From Felis catus (lineage: Eukaryota): a stretch of DNA of 64,000 nt. Of the stretch, positions 25,108 to 38,707 are shown one piece after another (the stretch's first letter is position 1; every line of letters starts with the position of its first letter). The stretch is from assembly GCF_018350175.1 (NCBI RefSeq), contig NC_058368.1, positions 34,722,001-34,786,000 of the forward strand, in the 5' to 3' direction. The position numbers were made by a program, and so were the translations under genes. Below the pieces are notes generated by a model. The model searched no databases and was not told where the DNA came from. It worked only from the letters and a program-made list of their open reading frames with translations.

Positions 25108-28100
25108 AAAAAAAAGTCATATACACCCAAAGTCTAGAGTGGGCAGAACTCCTTGTGAATGGCTTTTTGCTCAATATCAGAAAGTTAGAATATAAAAAGA
25201 AGTACAAGTGGAGAAGTAAGCAGATGCCAGGTCATAAAATACCTTATATGCCGTGCTAAGGAGTTTGGACTTTATCATGAAAGCTATGGGAGTCATTATA
25301 AGATTTCGAAGCAAGAAAAAGACATGATTAGATTTGCATTTTAGAAAGCTCGCTCTGGCAGCAGTGTAAATAATGGATTAGAGTAAAGTAAAACTAGAAG
25401 GAAGCAATCCAGCCAGGAGGCTGTTACAGGAATCCAAACAAGACAGGGTGAGGGCCTAAATTAAGGCGGCAAGAGTAAGGGTTTTAAAAGACAGATTCAT
25501 AACTCAGGTGATAGTCTGTAGGTAGAATCAACATGGTGATTTGTTTGCTGGACAAAGGAAATAAGAGACACTCAAGAATACCCCTGGTTTCTGTTTTGTG
25601 CATTCTTGGTAACCGAAAACAGACAAAAACAAGCAGGTTTGAAGTGGGAAGATGGGCTTGTTTTTTAACATTTTGGGATAAGGTGAGACACCTGCATGAA
25701 TCTGTTTGGGGACAAAGGATGCTTACCTGCAGCTCAAGCTGAATTTGGGGGATGACTCATGTACAAGTAGTAGATGAAGACATGACTGGATAAGAAAGCT
25801 TACACTAAGTGAATCAAGTGTTAAGAGAAAGCCAAATACAAGTGTAAGGGAAGCAGTACATATAAAGGACTAAATGACACATCAAGAAAATAGGAAGACA
25901 AGCAGTAATGTATTTGGTCACCAAAGTCAAAGACGAAGAGTGTCTCAAGACAAAAGGTACTCTATCAATGGTGCCAAAGAGAGCAGAGAGGTCAAAATAA
26001 AATTTAAAAATTCTCTTCGTCTGGGATTTCATTGGAAGGCTAAGAAGAGTACTTTCAAAGCTGGGGAGTAAATGAGAAGTAAATGAAGCAAATAAATTTA
26101 GCAATATTTCAAGAAGCTTATCTTCACAAATATTAGGCAGGCAGGGAAAAATAATGGGTAACATTGCCTGGGTGATGTTTCTTTGCTTTTCTTGTTTTGT
26201 TTTGCTTCAGAATCATAACAGGAGAGAATGGATTTAGATGGGATGAAACCAAATAGCATTTATAGTGATGGTTGAGATGTTGAAGAGCTCTCAGATGTTG
26301 ATGTCTTTTTGTCCTTTGAAGAAGACTGAGAAGTCATCTCTTGAGAGTGAGGGATATTGGGAAGCTAAAAGGCTAGAGGGAAAAAAGAAAATAGTGAATT
26401 CTTGAAATAGCCTCTGGGGGTACAAAGTACACTGGGGACATTGCAAAGGCTTTTCAGTGGAGATTAAAGACCAAGAATTGATGGTGACCCTAAATGATAT
26501 TTTTCTTGAATTATTTCCAGCAATCTCTGGCAATAGCATTCAGAGAGAAGGTACTAAGGAGGCAGAGTATTGGATTTATTTAAGAATGGGCTCCTGGCAG
26601 TTAGGTAAAAACCAAAAAATAAAAAAAAAATAAAAAAGAGAGCAAAGAGAGAAAGTAGGTGAAGGAATGTGTTAATTAATCCATTCAACAGTACTAGTGA
26701 GAACTAGATGTATGACAAGGGGCAAGCCTGATATTTGAGGATATACTTAGCGACGAGGTAGACACAGCCTCAAATTATTGGAACTTGAAGTCTAATGTAA
26801 ATAAGTAAGATATATATTTAATCCTCTATGTTTTTAGGCAGCACTTATTAGCTAACTAGTATGAACAATATTACGTGTTCATACTTTAATGAAGTTTTAT
26901 TTTTTGCTTCTCAGCTTTGAACAATATATTTTACTTCCTCCTGTATACATTAAGGTTATCATCTTATTATGAATTAAAAATATATTTCCCCCCTTCATCT
27001 CAAGCCCATTCTTCAAATTTAGTAACTTATAGTTTCTATGTCATCCATGGTTGTCATACTGACATCTTCAGAAATCAGAATTCTTGGGGTTTGGCAGGCT
27101 TTCTGAGGTTTCTAACATATTCAGAAGAGATTATGTTTGTTTTTCCTGAAAGTAATTCACCCTTTGGCTGGCTTTGCGACTTAAGGGCTCTGCTTAAGAT
27201 CTATAGCCATGAGAGGGAGAAAAATAAAATACAAGTTTTGCATTACAGGAGTATGCCTCTCATTTTCTCTTTTATTTTCAGATATTCTAAGAAAGCATAT
27301 TTCTTATCTAAGAAAGAAAACATTTCTTTAATTCTATGTCTGTAAAATTCAGGATTCTCGAGACTGAATGCCATTTAATACCTTTTGAAATAAGCTGAAA
27401 TATAAGTAAATAAAATAGTAGTTAAAAGAGGTAATATATGGAGATTCAACTGAATGCTTAAAAATATTAAATCAGGGGCAAACTTTTGTTTGCTTGTAAT
27501 AATGTTACTAAATTGCCTGGTCTTTCTTAGGATTTTCCCATTAACAACTTAGACGGAAATTTTCACTTTACAAATACCTTGTAAAACCATGAGGCAAGTG
27601 AGAATTGTGTTATATCTAACTAGAGTAGCGATTTCTGCTTGAAGATGAAAACAAAACAAAACAAAAACCCAAACAACAACAACAACAAAAATACCAGAGA
27701 TGTAGTTTTGCTCATGGAGGGTATTTAGAATATGGAATTCATTTTTGTTTTAAACCTGTTTCACTCAGAATTTTTGAAGAAATTCTAAGTCTAGGACCAC
27801 AGTTTACTCACCTATTAAAGGGGAAGAATTCGCTGAAAGCTATAACAACTAAATTTTTCATCTTATAATTTAATAAGACATTTATACTAAGAGTACAATA
27901 ATATGTGTATGAAGAAAAAGTGTTTTGTCATAGAGTAGGGAACCAGAAATGCTGACTAGAGGAACATCTGCATCTTAGAAAATTCCCTCTCAAAGCTCAG
28001 TAAGCAAGGATGGTTGGGGGGGTCCTCCAGCCCTTTAGGGGGTTATGATGTTTAGGGGAAGAATTTGAGTGTGCTGATGAAATTTGTGTTTTAGTTCAGA

Positions 28101-28447
28101 AAACCCTGTCACATAACATAGTGCCAGAACTGATGTGATTTGCTGGTATCTGTACTCTCCTATATAGAGTAGTTAATTTCTCTACATTTTCACTCGTTCT
28201 TTTTTCCAGTTCCTTAATAGCACAGCTCTGGCCAAAACAAATACGCGAAAAGTCTTATTTCCCTGTCTTTATTTTCATGCTCTTTTCATGAATCATATAT
28301 TTGCACCATTTTTCATTAAACCTTCATACATGTGCAATGACATTTTAGAGAGTAATAAGAGGTTACCACTTTGCACATTTATGTCATTATAGTTATTTCT
28401 CAATATATCCAAATGATAATCGCTAATTATTCTTGGAGAGTTCAAAT

Positions 28448-28448
<1 letters not shown>

Positions 28449-28493
<45 letters not shown>
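28449..28493. repeat. (CA)n microsatellite
   Basis: Perfect CA run. Confidence 0.98.
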
Positions 28494-28494
<1 letters not shown>

Positions 28495-29579
28495 ATACAG
28501 TCCTAGGTTTTACAACACATACCCCAGAGACCCAAACACATCAGCAAAGTTGAGTAAGTTGTTTATACAGGTAGCATTTGTTGTTGATACTGTTGTTATT
28601 ACCAAAAGTTCTAATATTCACTCTTGCTTCTTACTGGCACTCTCAAAAAAATTCTATGTTTAAGACATTAATAACCACATATTAAAAGCACTGAGAAGTT
28701 TTACTAACAAAGATGTCCAGCCAAGTCAGTCACAAATAGGACAAAAAAAATTTTTTTTTTAATTCCGTCTGCTAGAGTACAGTCACTTGTCTTCTGGAAA
28801 ATCACATTGCTAATTGCTCACTGGAAATCTTTTATTAAATGGGCTGCATAAGGACATCCATTACCGAGGTTTAGGTGAAGAATCAATTTGTAATTCAGTT
28901 ATTGATAAGGAGCAAGTGTTTTAGGGCACTAAAATGGTTACAAAGCAGAAATAGAGTGCCATGTTGCAGCAAAGACATCAGAAGAAATGTCAGTCCAAGG
29001 AGTGTTCATACATAGGCACAAAAATTTGCAAATTACAAGTACTGGAAAAGAAACATCTGACCCAGTATGCCAGGAACACCTGGCTGTGCCACATCTTTGG
29101 GGAGAGGGTCAGTATTAATGATAATATCTTTGAATTGGCAACAGTATATAATTCTGAATAGATCTGTTAGCAGATTAGTAAGGGTTGCTTTTTGAAAATA
29201 AGTTGTGATTTGATCAACTACATACCAATAGGCAGGATAAATAGATCAGCCATTAGTATGATGATAAATGTTGTTTATTATTTATGAAAACTAAATAAGT
29301 GACATTTAGGTAATTTGAAACGTTACATCAAAATTCTCAGAAATTTTCTACGATGTACACCTAAAGAGGCTTGAAATCTGGGATCAGGAGACTGAAGACA
29401 TGTTTTAAAGGTCTTTATGCATGCAGATTAACGCGACTAGGGTTCAAAAAGGGTAGGGTATGTAGAGAAAATTATTGTCACTGCTAGCTTCACTTGGCAC
29501 CATATAATTTAAGCTAGTTGCAGTATGCCAATTAAGTTATACTTGTTTTACAATTATATTAACAATATGCAATACTTTT

Positions 29580-30075
29580 GCCTTTGCTTATTAAATATCG
29601 AGTACTATGCTGTGTATTTTACGCACCTTTATTTTTATATAATTTTTATAGCAGCTTCATGGCTGTTACAATAAACATTATTGCATTGCTGTTACCGATA
29701 GAGTAACAAATAGGGTTTGAGAAGTTGATTAACTTTCTCATACTCACAGAGCTACAAAATGCTAAAACCAAGCTATAAACCTATATCCTGTCTAAATCTG
29801 CACTATTTTCTCTAAATGATATCTTCAACTTTTGAACATCTGAGTAGAACACTAAATAAACAAGAAATTTGGAGCCAGGCTCTGGTTTCACGTGTGAGCA
29901 TGTTTGAATATAATATGAACCATAGGCAACTAAACTTTCAAAATCTCTGTTTTCTTCATCTGAAAAATGAGCATAACTGTAAAGAACTGAATGAATTGCT
30001 GTGATTATTAAATAAAATGTCTTGCATATTGGCACGGTGGTGGCCAGACAGTAGTATCTCAGTCAGTGGTATTCA
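29580..30075. mobile_element. Two MIR fragments in opposite orientations (~29580-29790 minus, ~29860-30075 plus)
   Basis: gagaagttgattaactttctcatactcacagagcta (minus); ctctgttttcttcatctgaaaaatgagcataa...gtgattattaaataa (plus). Confidence 0.6.
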
Positions 30076-30347
30076 TTACCCTCATCTCCCAGCCTTGGTA
30101 TAGGTGTCCAAGTTGTATTATGTTGTTGCTTGTTGTTATTCTCTTAATTGTACTTTATCAGACATGAAGAAAATCTTTGATTTATATCATTTATTATGTG
30201 TGACTTTGGCATTGTGAACGACCTTTCCTACTCTGGAAAATGAAGGGTGGGGGATATTTGTTTTATCAATGCATTGTTTGACACAGGAAACTTTACCTAC
30301 ATACATAAAAGTAATCTGTAAGTCAGGCTATAAAACACAGGGATTGA

Positions 30348-30561
30348 GGGGCGCCTGGGTGGCGCAGTCGGTTAAGCGTCCGACTTCAGCCAGGTCACGA
30401 TCTCGCGGTCCGTGAGTTCGAGCCCCGCGTCAGGCTCTGGGCTGATGGCTCGGAGCCTGGAGCCTGTTTCCGATTCTGTGTCTCCCTCTCTCTCTGCCCC
30501 TCCCCCGTTCATGCTCTGTCTCTCTCTGTCCCAAAAATAAATAAACGTTGAAAAAAAAATT
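30348..30561 (+). mobile_element. Very young cat-type CAN-SINE
   Basis: CpG-intact body; perfect 17-bp TSD taaaacacagggattga at 30331-30347 and 30562-30578. Confidence 0.99.
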
Positions 30562-31253
30562 TAAAACACAGGGATTGAAAACAGAGTTTTAAACAAAACC
30601 AAATAAAACAAAAAACAAAACAAAACAACCATCCTTTCACTAGCTGGAACAGACCTTCCTAACCAAACACTGCACTCCAGCTTGGCAAAGGTATCCCAGA
30701 ATCCTTCCACAGAGTGTTCCAGAGCCATTAACAATTAATTCAAGTTTGCATGAAGAGTAAAATTATTTGTCACCTTCCTGCCTTCTAGTTTTACTCACTC
30801 TTCATAGGCAAATTCATATGTACTACTATTATTTGGTTAATTGAATAAACAGATGTTGATTGATCCAGGTTTTCCACATGTCTATCGTTAAAATACATCA
30901 AATTATCAGAAGTATAACATTGTATAGTCCTCCAGATTCACTCTGTCTAAAGATTTTAAAGAAGGATTCCTTTTTAATTTTGATTTTGTTCTGTTTAACA
31001 AAAATCATGTGATAAACATCTAAATTGTATTTTATAGTTTCTCCTAAACAGTTGGTTGTTGACCTTATACCAATGTAGGAATAAGTGACTCATGTTCATG
31101 ATTACACATATAAAATATTTTAAATACTCTCGTCAATATATTTTTATGTTGTCCATCTTAGGAACACTCTATTCTCTGCCACCTCCTAGCCACCAACTCA
31201 GGACCAAGAGAAATCAGTCCTTCTGACCTCCCAGATTACCACCCAGTGTTTCT

Positions 31254-31447
31254 TTTGCTTTATTTTTATTTTTTAATGTTTATTTATTTTGAGAGAGAGA
31301 GGGCCAGAAAGAGAGAGAGGGAATCCCAAGCAGGTTCCACACTCAGCATTGAGCCCAATGCAGGGCCCAATCTCATGACTGTGAGATCACGACCTGAGCC
31401 GATATCAAGAGTCAGATGCTTAATAGAATGAGCCAACAGGCATCTCC
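31254..31447 (-). mobile_element. CAN-SINE (older)
   Basis: Flanking repeat cccagtgtttct at 31242-31253 and 31448-31459; SINE body on the minus strand. Confidence 0.94.
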
Positions 31448-31547
31448 CCCAGTGTTTCTGTTTATTTTCATTTGTATTTGTTTACTTGTCTTGGAGAAAT
31501 AATAAGGGATCAAAAAGAGAAGAAAATATCTTTAAAATACATGTTAG

Positions 31548-31735
31548 GTTACGCTTCTGACTTGATCTCGGCTCAGGTCACAATCTCACTTTTCATAAGT
31601 TTGTCAGGCTTTGTGATGACAGCATGGAGCCTGCTTGGGATTCTCTTTCTCCCTCTCTCTCCGCTACTCCCCCATTCACATATGTGCTTTCTCTCAAAAT
31701 AAATACAAAATACACAATAAATAAAAAATAAAATA
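31548..31735 (+). mobile_element. 5'-truncated or decayed CAN-SINE
   Basis: cttgatctcggctcaggtcacaatctc...gagcctgcttgggattctc...ctctcaaaataaata. Confidence 0.9.
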
Positions 31736-34700
31736 TTTTATATCATTCTCCCCACTTCTAAAAATTAAAAAATAATAATAACAAAACATTGGATAGAGAA
31801 TTGGCATATACATTTTTTAAATGTCTCTGATGAGTTTTCCCTGTGTCCCTAGGAAAAATTATCTTAGGAGACAATCATGAGTTTGGGAATCACAGGTTAT
31901 AAGCAGCCTCCATACTTTCCAGACATGTGATTTCACAAGTCATTGAATGTATTTGAAATACAGTCATTAACTATATCAATGATTATTGTCAAGAAAGTAG
32001 CTATCCGTTGCTTCTTGCCTGATAGGAATTTAACAAATGTTATTTCCTTCTTCTCTCTGTCTGTTCATCTTTACAAATTCCAGACTCACTGATTAGTGGT
32101 AGGTTCAGGGCAAGCCCAGAATTGTGGCTGAGAAAGCTGAGTGAATTATCCCATCTCATACTTTTACTTATCATGGTTCCCTTATTACATCTGCCTGCAG
32201 CTTGACTATTTGCTCCTGTCCACATGCTAGTGTTCAAGTTATCCAATGAAAAGCTGATTTTCCTCCTGCTCTTTGGAGGAATCAAGGAAAAAACTACTAT
32301 CTATTCAGAATCTCTTTCTTATCCATTATAGTATAACATTCACATATGGATCATATGAAGTAGATGTTATCATCCCAGTTTTGCAGGTAAGAACATTCAG
32401 TAGTATCACTGAAATAATTTATGTAATATGTCTCCACTGGCAGATAGTATAAAAAGAATTTAAATTTCTATTTGCTTATTACCAAATTGATGTGCTTTTC
32501 ACTAACCTTACCCTGGACTGTAATTCTCTTCTTTGTAATGGGATTGTAGAGTCTTAGAAAGCCACATTTGCAGGTAAAACCCATTAGGGAGCAGGGAGCA
32601 ACAGTTCATGCTGGCTGTAGGGGAAGACAAGGCTTATGAGGAGTTCTTGCTACTGCAAGAATTCTGGCCCCAGGCTATCTTTTCTGATTGTACTGTGTTT
32701 GATTCTAAACCAATGACTGGCTTCTTCTGTAACCATGATCTTACTGGATTACAAACCACTTTTGCAGGCCTCCAGATAAATTCTGTAAGCTCTTATTGCC
32801 CATTGAGAATTCCTCACTAGTCAATTTTATTCTTTCCCTTTGATACTGAGCAGTTGATGAAAAAGCAAGGAATGTGGTTCTGGTTCTGAAGAAAATTCCA
32901 AGACATAGTTATGTAAATAATAGAAAATGAAAGTGGTATCGCTGAAATAAGTATTTTATCTCTAATAGTCAATAATTTGAAAGAGCTAGAACAATTTTTA
33001 TTTGACAATGTGGACACATTTGAATATTAGGAGTCAAACTGTATACATAAATACACACATGCAATAAATAATTTATCACTATATATTTTTGTGAACTTTG
33101 TATGTTTGCTGTATAAAAATGCATTTTGTTTGAATGACAAGAAAAAGGTTGTTACGTTGTTATACATTTCCTTTACCCTTAACCTAAACAAAACAAAACA
33201 AAAACTCGTAGAAATACTGAAGATTAATTAAATGTGCATGAAGTAATCTGAGCTCCTTGGAAAAACGGCAATAATAAATAATATTTCAATGGGAAAATTA
33301 ATATGCACATAATATGCATTTATTAAACATATTCATATAGATTCAATTTCTATTCATATGTGAATGTATTAAATTCATATTTATACATATATGTTTAATT
33401 TCTTCCTTACAAACTCATATATAGATTTGCCTTTTTGTCTATTTGCTTATTTACAAAAGTGAAAATACTTCAAGAAAGTAAGTCCTTTGTGGATTTTGCA
33501 ACTCTTCCAGGAAATATCCATTTAAAATGTCTGGAATGTGTGTTAAGAACAAGAAATGACTTTACAGTTCCTTGAGAAGAAAAAGCAATTTCACTGTGCA
33601 CAAAATGGCTTAGAGTAATATGGATGCTTTTTTTCTTCCCACTGTATTCTTAATTAAGAAAGATTGACACCTGTGAAGGTTTCAAGCCAAATAAAAATCC
33701 CAGATTTTAATTAGCTTTTCTAATGGTTATGTTTTCCTGCTAGAAGACATTTTCAAATCTACCAATTTCTCAGGGAGAGGAGTAGAACATAAATAATATT
33801 AATAATTATGTTTATTACTTCCATAAGTGTCATGATATGCAGTTGTGCAGAGATAGCACCCGATTAAATAATTAAATATGTTACAGTGGCTTTTGGCATC
33901 TTCTTCTCCACCTTTATAACCTGCTTTCTAGCTGTCAGTATTGAAACACCTGACTGCCACCCACCATCCCTGACCCTTTGTACCTGTAAACGGGCCTCTG
34001 GGTACTTTCACCCTCTTACTGCCATGCCCCATCCACGTCAATTTTCCACAGACAGCGACCCAGTTCTGTGACTTTCTAGCCTCTCTTACAAAAAACTACA
34101 AATACTTCCTTCCATTACTACTTGCTAGAAGTTTAGAATACTGATAAAGTGACCTTTGCTAAATTGAGATATTATACAGAAATACAAGATATTTTTTACA
34201 CATTTTATTAATAGCTGAATACTGCATAACATGTTTCTCTTCCACAAGGGATGCTTCTATTTTAACAGGGGGAAAGTGTTAACTCAAGTAATAAATCATT
34301 GACAGTGGGATTTTAAGTAATATTTTTCAGCTAGGAATAGGTGAGGTGATGTTCAAACCTCATGTGATAGGTGCCAATCCGCTTTATATTAGTGTGTAAC
34401 ATTTCTGAAAAATAGCTGAGGAAATATGTATCAATCATTTATTATATCATGAATCATTGAGAAAAAATATATGGCTAATCAGAGGGTGGAATCTTGAGAT
34501 AAATCAACAAATATACATGTATCTTTTCACATTAGTCTTGGCATAACTGTGTCTATACAGACTATACATATGCATGCAGACACATACACACGTACACTTA
34601 TAGACCCCTAATACTTATTTTGGCCCCAATATGTTCATTATTTTCAATCATTTATGTTCTACAGCCAGTTAATCAATTGCATCGACTACAGAGTGATTTA

Positions 34701-35599
34701 ATTAAGTCATTGTGTTGGCTAAAAATAGCCAACCACGGCTAGTTTTCTCACATTGTCTAAACTCAGCTATTATGTTTATAGGATTATTAAGCTTCGTTGG
34801 ATATATAAAAGGGTCATCTGTATATAAATTTTACAAATAGCTTCAGATTATTTGACAAATACATTATCATTTGAAAGCTTTCTTTAAATGGGATTTCAGA
34901 CATTCATTTGAAAGAACAGGAGATTAATAAAGCCAAAATTAATTAAAGAGAAGATTATTAAATAACATGTGTTATAAATTCAGAACAGTTGACTTTTCAA
35001 TGAATGTCATTTGAGAAATTCCACTACATAGCATGTAAATGTTTTGAAAACCACAAAAAAGCACAAATAATTTTTAAAAATCAAGTGTTGAAATAGAATT
35101 TAAAATAAAACCAATGAAGCAATCTTTAGACTATATTGTATATTTGAGGTGTCATAATTTTTATATACCGGACTCTTTCTTCCTTTAATAGATTCAGTGG
35201 ACCTTCAGAGGCATTGATATACTTTCAGAGCATCTTTGGGCATCAGTGTATTCAAAAGAGACACATAAAAGCTACTAACTGAGAGAATAAATGTTAGATA
35301 GTTTGAAATTAAATTTACAAAGATTCAGACTTACACCTTAAGGAGCTTAGTGTCAAATTTACAAAATTGTAATTATTGTCTTCAAATGTGACAGCTCATG
35401 TTTTCTAGAAAACAAGGATTAAAGTACTTCATCTAACCTTCATGCCTAGAACCATAGTTTAATTTACAACTTCATATAGAATTTGGTGTAACCTTGTCCA
35501 ACTCCCCTCAAATTTGTCTCCTTATGCCTAAAAGTCCACTATCAGAGATTTGCTTCTTATATCTGGTAAGCAACAAAAAATAATATGCTTTATAAAAGT

Positions 35600-37100
35600 G
35601 GCATTTGCTTCACCAACAAGAGACACAAGGTGAAAAATTATTCTACTTTCATACATCTTACTTTATAATATGGGAAGTGGAACAGACACTTCAAAAATTG
35701 GTAGATATATTATATATTGGATACAGTGATTTGAAGAGAGAAACAACTGGAGGCTGGAATAACAGCTGTCATCTGGGTGACATGTTGAAATTTTAGATAG
35801 ATTTGTCAGGGGAGGCATCACTAAATAAAGGTGAGGGGTGTCTGGGTTGCTCAGTCATTTAAGTGTCCGACTTCGGCTCAGGTCATGATCCCAGGTCATG
35901 GGTTCGAGCCCTGAATTGGGCTCTGTGTGGACAGCTCAGAGCCTAGAGCCTGCTTCAGAGTCTGTGTTTCCCTCTCTCTGTCTGCCCCTCCCTTGCTTGA
36001 GCTCTGTCTCTCTCTCAAAAATAAGTAAACAATAAAAAAAAAAGGAGATGATCAGATGAACTGTGTAAATATCAAGGATAATAAATATCCAGGTACAAAA
36101 AACAACATGAAAAAGTCTGGGGAAAAAGTAAACTGAGTGTGCAGCAGGAAGTGTGGTAGAAGGGATTACAGAGGTAACCAGAATGAGAAGGATTTTATAA
36201 AGCTTTGGTAAAAACTTTGGCTTGAATTCCAATTGAATTGGGGAACCATTTGAGACTTAAAAAGAAAGGTAAAATCTAACTTATATTTCAATAGGGTCAC
36301 TCCGATTACCATGTTGAAAATACTATATTAGAGGGACAGAGGTGGAAGCACAGAGCTCAGGGAGGACTCTTGGCAATAATCCAGTGAGAGATTATGATGC
36401 TTGTACTATGATGGTTAGATTGGTGATTTGAAAACAATCAGTAAGTCCATGGACTCTGACCTGAGCATTTCAAAGATCAACTGAGATGGGAATGCCAATT
36501 TTATAGAGGGAGGAAGATCAAGATTTAAGTCTTATATAAGACAATTGCCAGATATCTTATAAATCATTCGAATGGGGATTTGCATAGGCAAACCTGTTTC
36601 ATAAATTCAGGGCAACGTCGAGATTATAAATACACATTTGTTAGCTACCCATGGATAGATGTTATTTAAAATCATGGGACTGAATGAGATAATCACAGTG
36701 GGGGTTCAATGGAGAAAAATAAAGATTTAAGGATAGACCCTAGGGACATTCCAATAATTAAGAGCTCGGGGATCTGAAGAGAAACTTGCAAAAATGATTA
36801 GGAGGAGAAGCCAATGAATCAGGGAACCAAAAAGAGAATGTGGAAACTATATGAATAAAAAGTTTCAAAAGGAAGGAATGATCAACTTTGCCAAATGTTG
36901 TCAAGAAGGCAATAAGATGAAGACTGGACTTAGTACATGGAGATTATTGATGACCTTGATAAAATAAATTTTTAAAGAGATGTATTGAGGAAATCATTTT
37001 TAAATTGGGTTTATGAAAAAATGTGAGAATGTAATGATGAGAGGAATTATGGACAGCCAACTTTTTAAGAAAGTTACCATTCAGGGAATAGGGAAGTAAA
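35600..37100 (-). mobile_element. L2 LINE fragment (more decayed L2-like sequence probably continues to ~38640)
   Basis: gcaataatccagtgagag, ttatttaaaatcatgggactgaatgagat, gaatgatcaactttgccaaatgttg, gattattgatgaccttga are typical minus-strand L2 ORF2. Confidence 0.75.
35835..36040 (+). mobile_element. CAN-SINE
   Basis: Full head and tail; short imperfect flanking repeat aaagg(t/a)ga. Confidence 0.96.
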
Positions 37101-38040
37101 TGGGTAGAGAGATAATGGCATCAAAGAAGGGTCTTTTGTGTTGTTGTTTTTATTGTTTAAATGAGGAGAAAAAGCATCCTATTTTGGTTTGATGAGGTTA
37201 TCTTGAAAAAGAGGGAGTAACTGTTGATATAAAAAAGAAGAGGACTGAAAGAGCTATGTTCTTCAGTAAGTGGCAAGAGCTAGGATCTATTACGAGGATC
37301 TTTGTTCATCTATGGAAACTGAAGGGAGGGAAGAGTACAGATAGTGACAGATAATTAGATGGTGGAGAGAGAAGTCTGTGGAAGTTTTCTTCTGATTCCT
37401 TTTTTTTTTCTCAACAGACAAGCAGACTCATCACTGGAGCATATACAGGGTGAGAGGGACATGGAGATTGAAGAAAAGAGTAGAAGGTATGAAATTAGGA
37501 TAGTGAGAGCCTACATGGAGTAGGGGAATTTATTGGTTTTATCTGTCATAGTTAAGGGCCCACTTGAGATTAGTTATAATAAATTTAATGTGAGAACAGT
37601 AAGCATTACTGGGTGATTTTTCTCCAGCCACATTCAGCTAGCTGCATGAGTACAAACTCTGGGTTAACAGAAATTTGGATTTAACCCATGATGGAGTCTG
37701 ATTATGGCAAACAAAGGACAGAAATGTTTAGAGGATGAAGATGAGAGGAAGTGAACTGGAAAAAACAAGAGGCTGGGATTCTAAGAAGAATGGATAAAAC
37801 AGATTTAAAAAATGTTATGGTTATTTGAATTGATACAGCCTAGGTACAACCAAGGAAACAAGTATCCTAACCGTGTAGAGAACACTCAATGAAGGATAGT
37901 TATTCAGCCACCTGAGAATCTCTTACAGACTTAAGATGGGATTCTTTGTGTAACTACTGAAATTACAAAGAACTGATCTAGGAGTAGTGTTGGAAAGAGT
38001 AAGCCAAAAACTTAAATACTTAAAAACTGATGGTGTCAAT

Positions 38041-38246
38041 GGGGCACCTGGGTGGCTCAGTCAGTTGAGAGTCTGATTTTGGCTCAGGTCATGATCTCAC
38101 GGTTCATAAGTTCCAGCCCCACATCGGGCTCTGTGCTGACAGCTTGGGGCCTGAAGCCTGCTTCAGATTCTGTGTCTCCCTCTCTCTCTGCCCCTGCCCT
38201 GCTCACACTCTGTCTCTCTCTCAAAAATAAATAAAGATTTAAAAGA
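38041..38246 (+). mobile_element. CAN-SINE
   Basis: 18-bp TSD aaaaactgatggtgtcaa at 38022-38039 and 38247-38264. Confidence 0.98.
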
Positions 38247-38642
38247 AAAAACTGATGGTGTCAAAACTCAGGGTCTGTTACAAGGACGTGTTATTGGCTT
38301 TGTTTAATGATATGAAATTCAAAGCTTGGCCACTTCAGGGAAGAAAAAGAGAGGATCTGGATGAGGCTTTAAGTAATGGGTCATCTGTCCCATGTCAGGT
38401 CCAGTAATATGAATTATATAGAGAGGACCTCTATATCCTTGGGAAGGGCACAGGAGAAGGAAGAGTCTCAGAAAATAAGCAGGTTTCAATTAAAGCAAAA
38501 TGGTAAAGAAACTTTTGCAGAGGTTAAGAAAGTAGAGTACAAAGAGGATAAACAATGAACTCTGCCTTCCAGGGGGCAGAGTGGAAAGGTTTAAGATGAA
38601 GAGGGATGGGAGAAGGGGACAGAATAAGAGAATGGATGTGAT

Positions 38643-38707
38643 TAAAATAAAATAAAATAAAATAAAATAAAATAAAATAAAATAAAATAAAATAAAATAA
38701 AATAAAA
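38643..38707. repeat. (AAAAT)n pentanucleotide repeat
   Basis: Perfect run seen directly. Confidence 0.98.

Larger units (their letters stand above)
24405..26130 (-). mobile_element. L2 LINE fragment, interrupted by two SINEs
   Basis: L2 3' end (caaacatttattg) at ~24420; gatttgcattttagaaag; ORF 25814..26164 holds FDLSALFGTID, resembling the L2 RT motif LDLSAAFDTVD. Confidence 0.8.

Noticed and set aside
26917..27345. 142-aa ORF, and a minus-strand exon-like segment at ~27060-27143
   Set aside because: TTG start and F/L/Y/S-rich translation typical of AT-rich non-coding DNA; the exon candidate has a weak donor and stops in all frames.
33280..33430. AT-rich segment with short palindromes
   Set aside because: Low-complexity AT sequence gives such palindromes by chance; no TIR/TSD structure.
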